Below are positions 39,988-54,033 of a stretch of 64,000 bases of DNA, in pieces; within the stretch, counting starts at the first letter, position 1, and the number at the start of each line of letters is the position of its first letter. A program made the translations under genes and the position numbers. The notes under the pieces were generated by a model, which was not told where the DNA came from, did not search any database, and saw only the letters and a list, made by a program, of their open reading frames with translations. The DNA is from Octopus sinensis (lineage: Eukaryota): positions 47,182,001-47,246,000 of the forward strand of contig NC_043006.1 in assembly GCF_006345805.1 (NCBI RefSeq). The letters are read 5' to 3'.

Positions 39988-42333
39988 GAGCCGTAACACT
40001 GCTGAAGAAAGATCTAAACAAGGGAAATGTAATAGATAACTTTAGGCCCATCACTCTGCTTAATGCAGACTTGAAAATTTTGGCCAAGTTGTTAGCCAAG
40101 AGGCTGGCGCTTGTCATCGAGAAACTGGTCAACAAGGCGCAAACGTGCGCCGTGCCGGGCCGGACCATCCATGACAACCTCCACCTGATGCGCTACATCA
40201 TAGACAGAGTAGTTAACGAACCTGGCATGGGTGGGGCGCTGATCAATTTGGATCAATCGAAAGCTTTCGATAGGGTAGACCATCGATACTTGGAGGCAGT
40301 CCTCAGAGCGGCTGGCTTCGTCCCGTCTTCCGCGGCTGGATAGCCGCTTTGTACAGAGGCATCCGTTCGGTAATTCGCGTAAATAGACATCTATCGAGAC
40401 CTTTCGACATCACACGTTCGGTCTGTCAGGGATGCCCCCTCTCGTCGCTTCTATACGTATTGACTCTCGAGCCACTATTCCGAAAGCTGGCAACTCTGAG
40501 GGGCATCCCGCGAGAACTGGGATGCGGGACGAGCGTGTCTGCATACGCGGACGACGTCACCGTCATAGTGTCTAGCCACGAGCAAATCGAGCAGGTCGGC
40601 GAGACACTGAAGAACTACGAGGCGGTGACAGGAGCAAAAATCAACCGGGAAATGTCAGTGGGCTTGCGACTAGGCACCTGGAGAAGCAAGCCCATGCCGT
40701 CCACCAGCGCCTCCGTTGTGGGACGCTGGACCGACGGTCCGGTCGAGTTGCTCGGGGTCTGGTTTGGTCCGGACCTCCAAGATGAGAAGAACTGGAACGA
40801 GATAACGAGTAGGATGGTCACTCTCACCCGGCAATGGGCCGAGAGGAAACTGTCCCTAAAAGGTCGGGCGGAGGTGGCGAACACGTACATCGCGTCCGTC
40901 ATCTACTACCGCCTGACCGTCGTGCCTTGTCCCGACCCTACCATCACCAAACTAGAACGCATTCTCTTTTCCTTCTTGTGGAAAGGATGCGTCCCGATGG
41001 TCAGGCGATCCATTTGCTGTCAACACCCGTTAAAAGGAGGACTGGGCATGCCGTGGTTGATGATGCGCAGACACGCGCTGAGACTGCGACATCTCAGGCT
41101 CTTCGTCGACGACGGTGAACAGGTGTGGTCGCCGTTTGTGAGGCATGCTTTCCCGCAGCTCGTCTCCATGACCGAATTGCAACCGTGGTTCAAAAAGAGG
41201 CCGAGGAAGGGCAAATGGCACCGCGAGTGTCGCGTTGCTCTCAAACAACTCTGTCGTCCTTGGTCAACCTTGAGTGACTCCATCACAACCAAAGCATTCT
41301 ATAGGGGATTAGTGGAGGGGAGGTACGACGACGAGCTTGGAGCGAACCTGGACGTCGACGAGGAATACCTGACCCGCCTGTTCGGGACGACTTTCGGGCC
41401 AGGGCCCATGGACAACTGCCAGAGATCCCTGGCCTGGCAGTGCTACCGAGAAGCGCTACCCGTTCGGGATAAGCTCTACAGACACGGCTCGAGAAACACG
41501 GGGCCGACCTGCCCGAGATGCGGTCAGAGCGACGAAACCGTTCTGCACGCACTCGTGCAGTGTCCAACAATTTCCGACCTGTGGGCTTATGTCGAACAAC
41601 TGCTTCACGTGTGGGACGAGTCGGTTTATCAGCTGAGTCTATCGTCAATATTGTTACGCCTCCTTCCTTCAAACGGGAAGGAAAAGCTATTTTCATCATC
41701 CTTGTGGCTATGGCGAAAGAATGTATCTGGTGGACGCGTCTGAAAGGATTGGAGACAAACACTTTCCTCTCTAGTCAACCTCTCATTAACTTCTTCATGT
41801 ACCACTTGAAAAGGAAAGTGAGAGTAGAGAGGCAAGTTTTGTCTAGCGAACGTTTTAAAAAAAGATTGGTGAATGTAGCAAGGATGGCACGTATGAATAA
41901 CCAAGCCACCTTGCGCATAATCCTATGAACCCAGAAATTGAAAACAGAGGGTTACCCACTTGTAAACAAATGTGGTAACATAACAATATTGACCAAGGTT
42001 ACCGTGGTCTTTTCCGTAGGCTTTTCTTCCCACGGATAAACCTTACTTGCTTTCCCCTTTACACCATACATCATGACACTGTGATACACGATCCTTATTG
42101 ATCGTTTTTTCCTCTTCCCCTTTTTTCCTCTTTTTTCTTCTTTTTTCATTTTTCTTTTCTTTTGTTCTTTTTCCCTTTTTTCTTTTTTTTCTTTTCCTTT
42201 TTTGTTCTTTTTTCCCTTTTACGATCCCTTTTGATCGAAAACCTACGCCACCTTTTTTTTTCTCCCCCAAAAGAAAAGCTCTACCTTGTAATTTGTCCCA
42301 TCTCTGTGCAGCCCTGTATGGCCAATAAAGAAA
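39988..42333 (+). mobile_element. 5'-truncated L1-clade (Tx1-like) LINE
   Basis: ORF2 remnant, U-rich 3' UTR, ends AATAAAGAAA then ATCTATCTAT. Confidence 0.9.
39990..41928 (+). pseudogene. ORF2 reverse transcriptase + zf-RVT, two 1-nt frameshifts (~40320, ~41604)
   Basis: NFRPITLLNADLKIL, LDQSKAFDRV, QGCPLS, YADD, LLGVWF, KGGLG, CPRCGQSDETVLHALVQC; no endonuclease (truncated). Confidence 0.9.
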
Positions 42334-42361
42334 CTCATCTATCTATCTATATATATATATG

Positions 42362-42407
<46 letters not shown>

Positions 42408-42479
42408 CCAATACACTTGCTTGTAGTTCATACACCTGTCTTCGTCATTTGTTTTCCTGTAAATTTCAACTAAATATAC

Positions 42480-42620
42480 TGCGATCTTCTTTCAGTTTTC
42501 GCCTAGCAAATCCACTGACAAGGCTTTGATCGGCCCCAGACTATAGTAGAAGACACTTGTTCTAGGTGCCACACTGTGGGATTGAACTGGAAACCCTGTG
42601 GCTGGGATGCAAGCTTATAT
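42480..42620 (-). mobile_element. SINE family A, 5' fragment
   Basis: Head/core homology. Confidence 0.7.
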
Positions 42621-43302
42621 GTATGTATATTCACATAGACACCCCACCATCATACATACATATAATATAATTGTATGTATGCATTTTTTTTATTGTAATA
42701 TACCTATAAATGGATGTAACTGCAGGGGAGAAATAGAATACAACAGAGAAGAGCGCACTAAAGAACAGTATGGTGGAAATTAGGGTAGCAGAAAGGGTTA
42801 AAAATAATAATGTAATGAAATTGTCAAGAGAAAAAAATATGGGCAAATAAGAGGAGGGCTGAGAGAATTTAGGTGAGAAAAAATTAATACACGTGATGAG
42901 AGATTGTTGCAGAGACAGGACTGTCTCATATTAGGGCACTAAAAAAGAAAGGAATGCAATAGGAGGGTTGGAGTTTATAAAGGAGGTGATATATTAACAC
43001 ATGCCTGAGTGAATGAAAGCGGGAGGTGATAAAATAGAAAAGACTAACGTTACTGATATATATATATATATATATATAATATATATATTATCTATATATT
43101 GTGTGTGGTATGTGTGTGTGTGTATATGTGTGTGTGGGGGGTGCATTATATATATTATATATGTATATAAAGAGAGAGACAGAGACAGAAACGGAGGGTG
43201 GTAGCAAAGATATATATATATATATACATAAGTAGGCATATATACACAAAACATATATTATATATATATATATATATATATACGCATACATACATACATA
43301 CA

Positions 43303-43338
<36 letters not shown>

Positions 43339-44307
43339 TGTATATATATATGTGTGTGTGTATGTATGTATATGAAGAATGCGAGGGAGTGAGAGAGAAA
43401 CTGCGTGGGGTGGTGGGGGCGGGGTGAAGAAGTGTAAAGTATGAGAAAATAATGAGTATCTCCATAGGTAGAGATGCATATTTAACGTTTCTAAGATGAG
43501 AGAAGTCTCGTTGATAAATAGATGATGAGTTACTGGGAGAATTAGGGCGATTAGAGTACAACATAGATAAGTAGATTCAATGATAGACAGTTAGGAAATT
43601 AAATAATGTATATATATATATATGTGTGTGCGTGTGAGTGTGTATATGTATAAATATATGTATGTTTATATATATGTATATGTATGTATATATATGCATA
43701 TACGTATATATGTCTTTGTATGTGTATTCATATATATATATATGTATATATGTAGGTATATATATATATGCGTGTGTGTGAGTGTATGTATGTACTAATA
43801 AGACTGTACATGGCCTAAATTTGTGTACAGATGTTTTGAGGAATTGTAATATAATATGCATTGATGTTTGAAAAATATTATTTAAAAGATATTGAATAAA
43901 ATTACCAATACTAACTATTTAGCCAAGTTAATTAAAACATTTTAAATTGTATAGTTAATTACCTCAGTTTACTGGAATTGGATATTTTACGTGGAATATT
44001 TTTCTTTCATACATGATAATCCAATGTGTATCATATTTTATTTTCTGAGAATTAGGACAAGAATTCGCAGGAACATCAGTTGCTGTGGTTCTTAGGCATT
44101 TTCAGCCGTGTTAACTTGACAAATGTACATTTGTTACTGAACATAATATACAAGGCGTTTTTTCTGCACTCAAGAATTAAAAATGTCCGTGTTATATGAA
44201 AATAATTTAGAATGAAATAAATTGGACTTCACAATCATAGGGACTCAAAATAAAGAATATCATCCAATCCGTATTCTATTATTTACCTACTTATATACAT
44301 TCTACAG

Positions 44308-44370
44308 AAACTATGGCACTCCTAATATATATCCAGGAGAAAGACCATTTCCACTGTATGATAACTTCAG
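44308..44370 (+). CDS. Candidate 63-nt symmetric exon (NYGTPNIYPGERPFPLYDNF or TMALLIYIQEKDHFHCMITS)
   Basis: CATTCTACAG| ... CTTCAG|GTAGCC; two of three frames open. Confidence 0.25.
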
Positions 44371-44502
44371 GTAGCCTATAACTGCAGAAGAGCTTTGCAT
44401 AGCATACAACCGAATTCTTTCTAACTACACACACACACACACCACACACGTGAATATATATATGTATATATGCATACATATAAATAATATATATAGATAT
44501 AC

Positions 44503-44554
<52 letters not shown>

Positions 44555-45135
44555 CATTATATATATACATTATATATATATACACATATTTATATGTGTG
44601 TGTGCGTATATGTGTGTGTACATATATGTCTGTTTACCTTTGTGCGATTGCATGTTTTTTATGCACGTGTCTCTCTATATATAACGTTTGCTTGACGCGT
44701 GTGTGTATAATCTATGTGCAATGTCTGTGCGTTTACGTATGATACCTCGTCGGCAGATCATTATCCTGTGTACATTAAGAGTAAGTAATTTCCCTGGTTT
44801 GTTTATATATGGTCAGAAGTGAAATATGCTTCTGGGATTCTTAATGTTTACAAAGGTGAAGATATAAATATAAAACGCGAACGAAAACGAATGTCTAGAT
44901 TGCTTTATATACATTAATTTCTACACTCACACGCAAACACACAAACACGCAGACATATGTATGTATGAATAAAATTGTCTGTAATCGTAGGCGTATGGGT
45001 AATTAAATGTATGCGGTTAACAGGAAGGAAGAGAAAGGTAGGCATACAAAGATAAATATGTGTATATACACCCATCGTATTTACAAAGTTGTATACAGAG
45101 AAAGAATTACTCACTGACACACATACATGCATAAA

Positions 45136-45216
<81 letters not shown>

Positions 45217-45426
45217 CTTTATATATATACATACATACATGATATATATATATTATATCAGCCACGTATTATAACATATTTCATATATTATTTTATTTAA
45301 CTATATGTATGTATATATATATATATATATATGTATATATAAATATACATATACGTATGTATTGTTGCTCATGTTTTATTCATGAATCAATATAACTGAT
45401 CATATACCTGCAAATATGTAATTGTA

Positions 45427-45462
<36 letters not shown>

Positions 45463-45773
45463 TGCTTCTGGGTGCACGCGCACGCCAAGAATTCAGCTTA
45501 ATCGCTTGATCTTGGGCTGCAGAAGGTAACGCATCCATGCCATCGCATGAGTTTTTCCACCCCTTTCATTGAAAAGCAGGATATTGAGCCGGATACTTTC
45601 GTTTGTATAAATCATTTCCCTTTCATTGAAAAGGAAATTATCTATACAAACGAAAGTATCCAGCTTGGTATTATCTTAAATAGTAAGATTTTTAGGGGAT
45701 AATATATTGTATCTATCTACTATCTATCTATCTAGCTATCTATCTATCTATCTATCGTTCTATCTATCTATCT

Positions 45774-45838
<65 letters not shown>

Positions 45839-45872
45839 GTCTGTCTGGTCTGTCTATCTATCTGTCTATCTA

Positions 45873-45912
<40 letters not shown>

Positions 45913-45974
45913 TCTATCTAGAGTCTATCTATCTATGCTGTGTTCGCGTCTCTGTGTACGTGTGTGTGTGTGTG

Positions 45975-46160
45975 TGTGTGTGCATAGTTGTGTGTCTGTC
46001 TGTGGGTGTTGTTGCGTTAACGTCCCCGTAACTTAGCAGTTCGACAAAAAAAAAGACCGATAGAATAAGTAGTAGGCTTACAAAGAATAATTCCTGGGGT
46101 CGATTTGCTCGACTGATGCCGGTGCTCCAGCATGGCCGCACTCAAAACAACTGAAACAAT
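45975..46160 (+). mobile_element. SINE family A, 3' half
   Basis: Tail homology. Confidence 0.75.
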
Positions 46161-46175
46161 TAAAAGCATAAAAGA

Positions 46176-46199
<24 letters not shown>

Positions 46200-46206
<7 letters not shown>

Positions 46207-46640
46207 CTGATTCACATCAACACCATTATAAGCCCTGGCACAACTCCTTTTACCGGGGTCCTACATATATCTTCACCCTATAAATCTTCGATAATGCCAA
46301 CGCCTTCTTTTACACCATTCTCGTAATTTACAGAGTAATTGTTGTCGTACATCTCCATCAATTCTTCTCCATTATTGTCCTGCAAATTCAAGTGTTTTTC
46401 TTTCGTCGTCTGTTAATAACGCTACACTTTCATATGTTCCAAAGGGAAATTCTTCTTTCTCTTGAACATTGTACAGCATGGTCCGCAAAGACTACTTTCT
46501 TTTGTTTCTTCGAATATACAACATCTATTTCAAGCTTGAACATTTCTAAAACCTGTATTTCAAGATCATTATATAGTTTACCATATCTTACATATATATT
46601 TCCTCGCTGTGCTTTCCAAATCAATTCTTAAATTATTGCC
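46200..46640 (-). pseudogene. Possible highly decayed LINE ORF2 fragment
   Basis: Interrupted protein-like frames (..ELMEMYDNN..KEGVGII..); only weak resemblance to an RT N-terminus. Confidence 0.25.
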
Positions 46641-47059
46641 TGCCTTTTAGTATGCACTTCGCGATCCCAGATATCTGAAGTCATTTGCATACTTCATATT
46701 AAAACCCATTAATGATATAATATTTTATTTTGATTCCTTGTAAACAATGCAGTCAGCCCTATCATCATTGACGTGTAGCGCGAACTGATTTTCAGCCTCC
46801 TTAACTACTTAAATTAGCTCTATTTGAAATGCTGGATCATTTACATAATCTGCGTACCACAATACAATAGAATGATGTCTAAAAATTTTCGAGAAACTGT
46901 TAGGAAAACGGTTTCGTTTCAGTATGATGTTGCAGTTTGTAATGAGCATCCCGAAACTAGTTAAAGTGAGTAGGTGCATGAATGTCACGTTCTCCTCCTG
47001 CATGGATTTAAAAGCCACCGTGTGTCGCAGCATGGTGATAAATGGTGAGCGATGGAATT

Positions 47060-47215
47060 CATGTGTGGTAAGTAGCTTGTTTACCAGCCACATGGTTCCG
47101 GGTTCAGTCCCACTGCGTGGCATTTTGTGCAAGTGTCTTCTACTATAGCCTCGGGTCGTCCAAAGCCTTGTGAGTAGATATGGTAGACGGAAACTGAAAG
47201 AAGCCTATCGTATAT
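47060..47215 (+). mobile_element. SINE family A, 5' half
   Basis: Head/core homology up to the internal microsatellite. Confidence 0.8.
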
Positions 47216-47289
47216 ATGTATGTATATATATATATATATATATATAAAAATAGTAATGCAATACGAGAGTTGTGCCATATATTTACTTC

Positions 47290-47330
<41 letters not shown>

Positions 47331-47369
47331 TATATAATATATATATTATATATATATATATATATATAG

Positions 47370-47400
<31 letters not shown>

Positions 47401-47409
47401 TTAATCTTA

Positions 47410-47575
47410 AATTTAAAATGAGGGTGAGAAATTAAATATTAATTTAATTAACATCGATTTCACACTAGTGGTCTAGCATAAAAAAAACTGAAGGTTCAGT
47501 AAATTTGTATTATATATATATTCGAGGGAAGCCACTATGTGGACACCCTATGCTAGAAATAGATCCGCTACGGTC
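47410..47575 (+). repeat. Unclassified repeat, homologous to 62615-62760
   Basis: AAATGAGGGTGA..AGTGGTCTAGCAT..CTGAAGGTTCAGTAAA..CCACTATGTGGACA..TATGCTAG shared. Confidence 0.75.
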
Positions 47576-48090
47576 TCACCACCAAGAAATGTTCTCAAGA
47601 AAAATTCAGCAAAACAACCAAAACATAATCGAGCAAGACAAAAGAAAAAGTAATAAAAATATGGATTATTCGTATACATGTTTCACTATCGACAAATTAC
47701 GTAATTGTCCGTAGATCATGGGCACAACCGTCCAAGGTGAATATAATTTGTAGGAGTGCATACAAGGACGTCCACACAAAGTCAGACTTGTAAAACAGTC
47801 TTACCCATTACACTCGTGGCATATAAGTGGGAGGGATAAAATTTTTAAAATGGAGGAAATTGCCGGTCAAAAAATAGGGAAAAGAATATGAGAGGCTTCA
47901 CTCTTCGGAGAAAGAAAGTAAAAGAGAATGAAGATAAAAATAATTTACAGTAATACACTGATCAAAAAGATATAATATAATATAATATAGTATAATATAA
48001 TATAATATAATATAATATAATGTTTGTATGTATGTATGCATGTGTGTGTGCCCGTGTATATGTAAACACACACACACACACGTTTGAAAT

Positions 48091-48295
48091 CGCGTGGATC
48101 AGTGGTTGCAGCGTCGTACTCACAATGCTGAGGTAGTGAGTTCGATTCCCGGACTAGTCTGTGTTTTGTCTTGAGCAAGACACTTTATTCCCCATTGTTC
48201 CATTTCACTCAGCCGTAGAAATGAGTTGTGGCATCACTGGTGCTGAGATGTATCGGTCTTTGCCTTTCCCTTGGATAACATCGGTGGCTTGGAGA
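48091..48295 (+). mobile_element. CORE-type tRNA SINE (family E)
   Basis: GCGTGGATCAGTGG...GAGTTCGATTCCCGG...TCTTGAGCAAGACACTTTATT...CAGCCGTAGAAATGAGT. Confidence 0.7.
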
Positions 48296-49056
48296 TACAG
48301 ATGTAGAGCGTAAATGGCGCGATACTGGGGTGTCATTATCGAGTTTGATGATTCAGAAGTGCTCCGCTAAGCAGCGTCCCGTTTGACCGATGTACAGGGA
48401 AGGACAGAGATAGCACGAGATGCATTAAATGACATTACTAGAAGTGCAGGTAAAGAAGTCGGTGATATGATAGGGACGACGATGGGTGCCTGTGAGGATG
48501 GTGATGTTGAAGAGGTGGAGGCAAGTGCGACAGCGTGGGTGGGAGCAGGGCAACGAGCCAGGCTAGGAGGTGGTGTTAGTGAAGAAACTGTGGACCACAG
48601 GTTTCGCAGGTTATGGGCTCGTTTGAGTGAGGAAAGTCTGCCGAGATTAACTTAACTGTAGCAAACCAAGAATGGTGGAAGCTAAAAGACGGACGAAAAT
48701 CAAACAAAATGGTTGTAAGCAGAAGAGTTGTAACTGAAATGTTAAAGAACAAACTATTTTAAAACTATTTTCAAACGAATGGCGAGACACTTAAAATGGT
48801 AGAGAGAGTTCTGAAGTGATAGAAATCAAACGTAATGGCAAATTTTTGTGGTAAATTTTGATGAGAACATAATGGAAGAACATATGAGAACATATATGAA
48901 GACGAAACATGTAGTGCGAAGATGGAAGAATAGCAGGGAAGTGAAGTAGTTAATTAATACGAGAAGTAGTGCGCTATACGAATGCGTTTTAGTGAGTGTG
49001 TGTTTGTGTGTGTGTGTGTGTTTGTGTGTGCTTGTGTGTGTGTGTGTGTGTGTGGT

Positions 49057-49105
<49 letters not shown>

Positions 49106-49639
49106 CGTGCGTATGTGGAGGCGTGTGTGTGTGCGTGTGTATATGTCTATTAAAGTCTTAAATAAAGTTGTCAAGCAATGTTGGAAGTTGTTTACAAAAT
49201 TGAAACAAAGCTAATATAATTTGCGGCGGAACAATATTTCAAATAATCAATTTATACGGTCGAATGATCAAAGAATACATCGCTACAGAAGCGAAAGCAT
49301 TTCATTGAACTATGAATTAATCTGGAACCTTCTAACACCACTTTGACCTTTACACTTATCGAAATGCAGCCTCCATTTTACAGGTTCCGTAATGATTTAA
49401 ATTTCAACATTTAAACATCTAATGAAATAGCTGGTCAGATCTGGATTTTATATGGGTCAAGAAGCGTTTGTTCTCGCCAAGCAATTGTATGTATGTAGTT
49501 CAGTACAAACTACACATGACACTGCATGTAAATGATGACGTTGAAAATATTTTACGTGGGGGTAACCGGATAAGTCGTCTGTGGGACAAGCCCGTTGTAG
49601 TTCGGCCTTGTGTCGCTAGAAACCACTTGATGCGCCCTG

Positions 49640-50400
49640 ATGGTCGCATCAAGTAGTTTCAAGTCTACTAACCAGCGTTGTCGGATGAGCTTTATTTTGC
49701 AGTGCTTCCTCACTAGTCGTCGACTTTTGCGATGGCTGAAACGAAGGTGTAGTGTGCTTCCATGAAATTCTGCTCCCCGCTGGGGAGAACAGCGACCGAA
49801 ACAGTCCTCATGCTTCAAACAGCTTACAAGGACGATTTCATGACCAAATATAATTTTACGAAGGATTTTCACGCTTTAGGAACGGTCACATGTTGAAGAC
49901 CAATCTTATTCAGGGCGACCGTCGACATACCGAACGAATGAAAACATCATGAATATTCATGAACTGATCTCGGATGATCGTCATTGAGCAATTGACGAAC
50001 TTGTTCATATGAGTTGTGAGTACTGGAGCACCTGCCAACGAATTGTCTGCGATGAATTACGAATGAAAAGAGTTGCAGAAAAAATTTATGCTTCGCTTGC
50101 TCACGGAAGCAATCACCGCTGAATGCGTGTCGTAATCTGAAAGTTTGGTAGTTGGCCCGGTCTGTTTTTCGAAGGTCATCACTGGTGATGAAAGCTGGTG
50201 GTACAGAATTTGCAGATGTGGAAGTGGTGAAGAAAAAAACGACGAATGTGTTAAAAGGCATCACTTCACAAGAGTTCAAGCATTGCTTCTAACAGGAGAA
50301 AACGGGTCTGAACCGATTTACTGTTGCAACTGGAGAATTGTCTGAAGTCGATAAAAGTGTAAAGGTATAAGGCTAAGTGAATAAAATAACATTGCAAAAT
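49640..50400 (+). mobile_element. Decayed mariner transposase remnant
   Basis: MKFCSPLGRTATETVLMLQTAY, SGRPST, KVITGDESWWY; internal deletion after the first catalytic D. Confidence 0.75.
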
Positions 50401-50626
50401 TCCAGTTTCTTTTGGGTACTCCTCGCACATTGAAGTTATTCAACGCTAAAACATTCTTCTTAACTTTTATGCCGATGCCTAATTCAGATAAAATTATACG
50501 AAGACGTTTGGCTACTTTATTATTTTCATATGTATTTTATATTTTATTTCTTTTATACTTTCATTCATCAACATTGCTCTTCATGCTTCCCTCTTTCCCC
50601 ACCTCCTCCTCATCATCATCTTTCAG

Positions 50627-50645
50627 GAAAAGAATTGCAGCAGCG
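50627..50645 (+). CDS. Candidate 19-nt microexon
   Basis: Pyrimidine-rich tract of ~45 nt ending CTTTCAG|GAAAAGAATTGCAGCAGCG|GTAAGA. Confidence 0.3.
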
Positions 50646-51830
50646 GTAAGAACATCATCATCATCATCGACAACTGCTGCTGCGTATATCTAAAGCGGAC
50701 GTGCGCGTGGGTAAAGACACGCATAGATGTACACATAAGTATATCAGCAGGCAAAAATAGAAAGGAAGGAAAAGAGAGGAAGAAAAGGGGGAAAGAGAGA
50801 GAGAGAGGGAGGTAGGTTGTGTGCTGGTTAAAAAAGACTGGCTGTATAGCATATACATATTGAATTATGGATACGTAAACACACAGGGGAGCACACGTAT
50901 ACAGACAAACGAACTGACAGATAAGTAATTATACAAATAGATAAACACACAGAACGAAAGCATTCAGAAATGCTGCTATGCAGGCATATATAAAAGGAAA
51001 ATAATCAGGCTGACAGACAAACTAACAGACTTTGAGATATACCTTTGAGAAATGCAGACAGCGAAATATATGAAGACCTCCGGCCAAGCGGAAATTTTTC
51101 CGCTATCTTTGATTTCATTGCAAAACGAAGAATTATGATGACATTTAGAAATAACTATTTTCTATTACATTTCTTTAAAATATTTCTCGTGCAGTGCTTA
51201 TTGTTGCTATTGATTGACTGTAGTCAGCTATAATTGGTAAGATCTACGAGTGGAGGCTTAATTGCAATCTACAGGTCAGTAACCCTACATAAGCAGTATC
51301 CGGTAACTAATATTAGGCTAAATTTCTTGTTTCAGTAGGCGACAATGTCAGTCATACCGCGAATTACACTATCATAAAATTTAGAACATGATAAATTTAG
51401 TCCCTTTGTCGTAGACAGTTTGTAATTGGTTTGGTGAATGTTTAGAGAATGCTCTTTTACTTGTTTCAGTCATTTGACTGTGGCCATGCTGGAGCACCGC
51501 CTTTAGTTAAGCAAATCGATCCCATGACTTATTCCTTTGTAAGCCTAGTACTTGTTCTATCGGTCTCTTTGTGCCGAACCGCTAAGTTACGGGGACACAA
51601 ACACACCACAGTAGGTTGTCAAGCGATATTAGGGGGTCAAACACAGATAGAAACATATAAACACACATACATATATATACACATATATTCGACAGGCTTC
51701 TTTCAGTTTCCGTCTACCAAGACCACTCACAAGGCTTTGGTCGGCCCAAGGCTATAGTAGGAGACACTTGCCCAAGGTACCACGCAGTGGGACTTAACCC
51801 GGAACCATGTGGTTCATAAGTAAGCTACTT

Positions 51831-54033
51831 TATTTCATAAAATTTGTCATATTGACAGTACAAAGAGCTTTGCGGGCTGGGCAAACACATTAATGAATGA
51901 AAATGAAATATAGTGAATAAATGAGAGACGAAGCTCAACGCCCGCCGATTGGATTTTTCTCGAAAACATTTTTTCTTTTTTTTTTTTAAATCAATATGAG
52001 GTTTCAAACCTCTTACAAGAAGGAGGCACTAAAACCTCTTACAAGCCACTTTCTTTCATTTAATTTTCCACAAGGGCAGCACATAGATTTACAACAATTC
52101 TCCTTGTCAGGTCCCCCAAGTAAAGTGACTTGCCGCCTGCAGACAACTCTGCAACGACAAGTCGGGGTCTGCAAAGAGGAAAGCAAATTCTTTCTTGTCA
52201 AAGGTCGCTGTGACCTTTGACAAAATGTTTTCCGTTACTACCTCCGCAGCCACCTGCGGAGGTCATAACGGACTCCTTGAGCAGACCGTATCCATACGTT
52301 CTCGGTCACCCAAGCCGTCCAAAAAATTTTTCACCGTCCTTCCCTCGTGGTAAAGGAGGATAAACACCTCCTCTTCACAGGAAGGGACCTCACACTGATC
52401 CGTCAGTGGCACACTTCCCACTGACGGAGCCCTATCCGTCGGCGGCCTAGGAACATCCTCCGACTGTCCTCTGCTCCTCTTTTTCCTCTTTCTTTTTGAA
52501 GCTGCTGGAGCAGCGGGCTGCGTCAACAGACGCGGGGGTCGCTACCCTCCTCCGCCGCCTGTACATTCTTTGGTGAGCGTTGCTCACCTTTCATTTTCTT
52601 TTCGTGGAGGCAACTTCCTCTACGACTTCCACCGTCTCCCCCTCTAATGAAGGGGCGGCGGGCACTTTCTCTTTTTCATGCTGCAGGGCCTTACCACGGC
52701 CCTTGGTACAGTTTTTCCTGATATGGCCAGGCTCCAGACACAGGTGACACTTGAGGGGAGAGCGTCTCTCAAGTATCACCGGGTACCTGTACCCGGCCAG
52801 TTTTAAGAAGTCTGGGAATGTTATATCTCCCACGGCCACCGGGATCCACAGGGTCAAAGTTGCCTTTGACCCCTCCCAGTCGACCGCAGGAGCAACATCC
52901 ACCCACAATAGCCTGTGCCCGCTATACCCCAGGCCTCGCCGGATGGTATCTTCGATCCATCTCCCCTCCGTGCCCGGGGGCAGCCCGCATACCCAGGCTC
53001 TTTTTATCTTCCTCCCACAATACGTGGGGAGAAGCAAAATTTCATTCCCCTCAAGGGGCTCCCTGGCAAATTTGTCAGCCTCCTCGGCGGTACCAAACAG
53101 CAACCAGACCGTTGCAAAACTGGTACACAAAAGTTAACAGAAACAGAAAAAATATAGTAAAGAAAGTTCAAAAAATAATTAAATAGTTCAAAAATAAAAA
53201 AAACAAAACAAAACAGGAAGGGTAGACGGAAAAAAAGGGAAAACAATTCACTCAGCAAAAATCCAATTTCCTGGCCCACAGGTACTCCCGACCAAATGTA
53301 GATAGGTTCCTTGGTATGAATTGTTTTTTCCCGTAATTGGTAAAAGAAATCCAATAAATCCAAACACAATACTGGCTACAGCCAACGGTAACTGCAACAG
53401 CAACTGTAACAGGCTCTAATCATTCGGGCGAGGATACGCCCCTTCACTGTTTTTTGAAAATGAATCCCAAAAATTCACACTAAATTCACAAAAGAGCAGC
53501 CGCCGAGAGCAGGCAGAATTGCCACGGAGCTGGGCGAAATTTACCAACACAATCAATTACTATTTGACAAATTACACCCAGCTCAACCGAAAACATCCAC
53601 CTGCCTCTACGGTATTATGCTGATGTTGTTCTTTTTTTTCCAGTTCAATATTGGCCAGAGCCAACACACTCACGTCCACCTTGCAAAAACAGTCTTTCCT
53701 GCCTTGGTAATCCTTGGTAATCCTGTTTTGGTACTCCTTGGTAATCCGCAAAAAAAGAAGATAATTTTCGCAAAGAAATTAACTTTTGCGGAGGGGCTAC
53801 GCCTCCTCAAAAACACAATTCTCACTGCAAAGTTAGTCTTTATAGGCAGAGTAGAGTCTATTACTCACCAAAGAATATTAAATACAGGGCAAGAAACTCC
53901 ACTAAGCCCTCAAAAAAATACAACAAACGCCTATCTGTAGTCGAGCCTCAAAATTCAATATTTCACGACGAAAGACGTGACATCAAGCAGCAAGAACTCT
54001 CCGCCAAAAACAAACACGTCCGTCTCCGACAAA
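51831..54033 (-). mobile_element. ORF1-only (HAL1-like) non-LTR retroelement
   Basis: Imperfect 16-bp TSD CATAAGTAAGCTACTT / GGTTAGCAAGCTACTT; 3' end AATAAA; gag-like ORF; no RT or endonuclease motifs seen. Confidence 0.7.
52100..53130 (-). pseudogene. L1/Tx1-type ORF1 (RRM-like region + CCHC zinc knuckle), C-terminus disrupted
   Basis: CHLCLEPGHIRKNC (CX2CX4HX4C) in 52591-53130; the frame of 52263-52526 continues past one TGA to ~52100. Confidence 0.75.

Noticed and set aside
48383-48655. 90-aa non-repetitive ORF, also open antisense
   Set aside because: No motif, no convincing start or splice context
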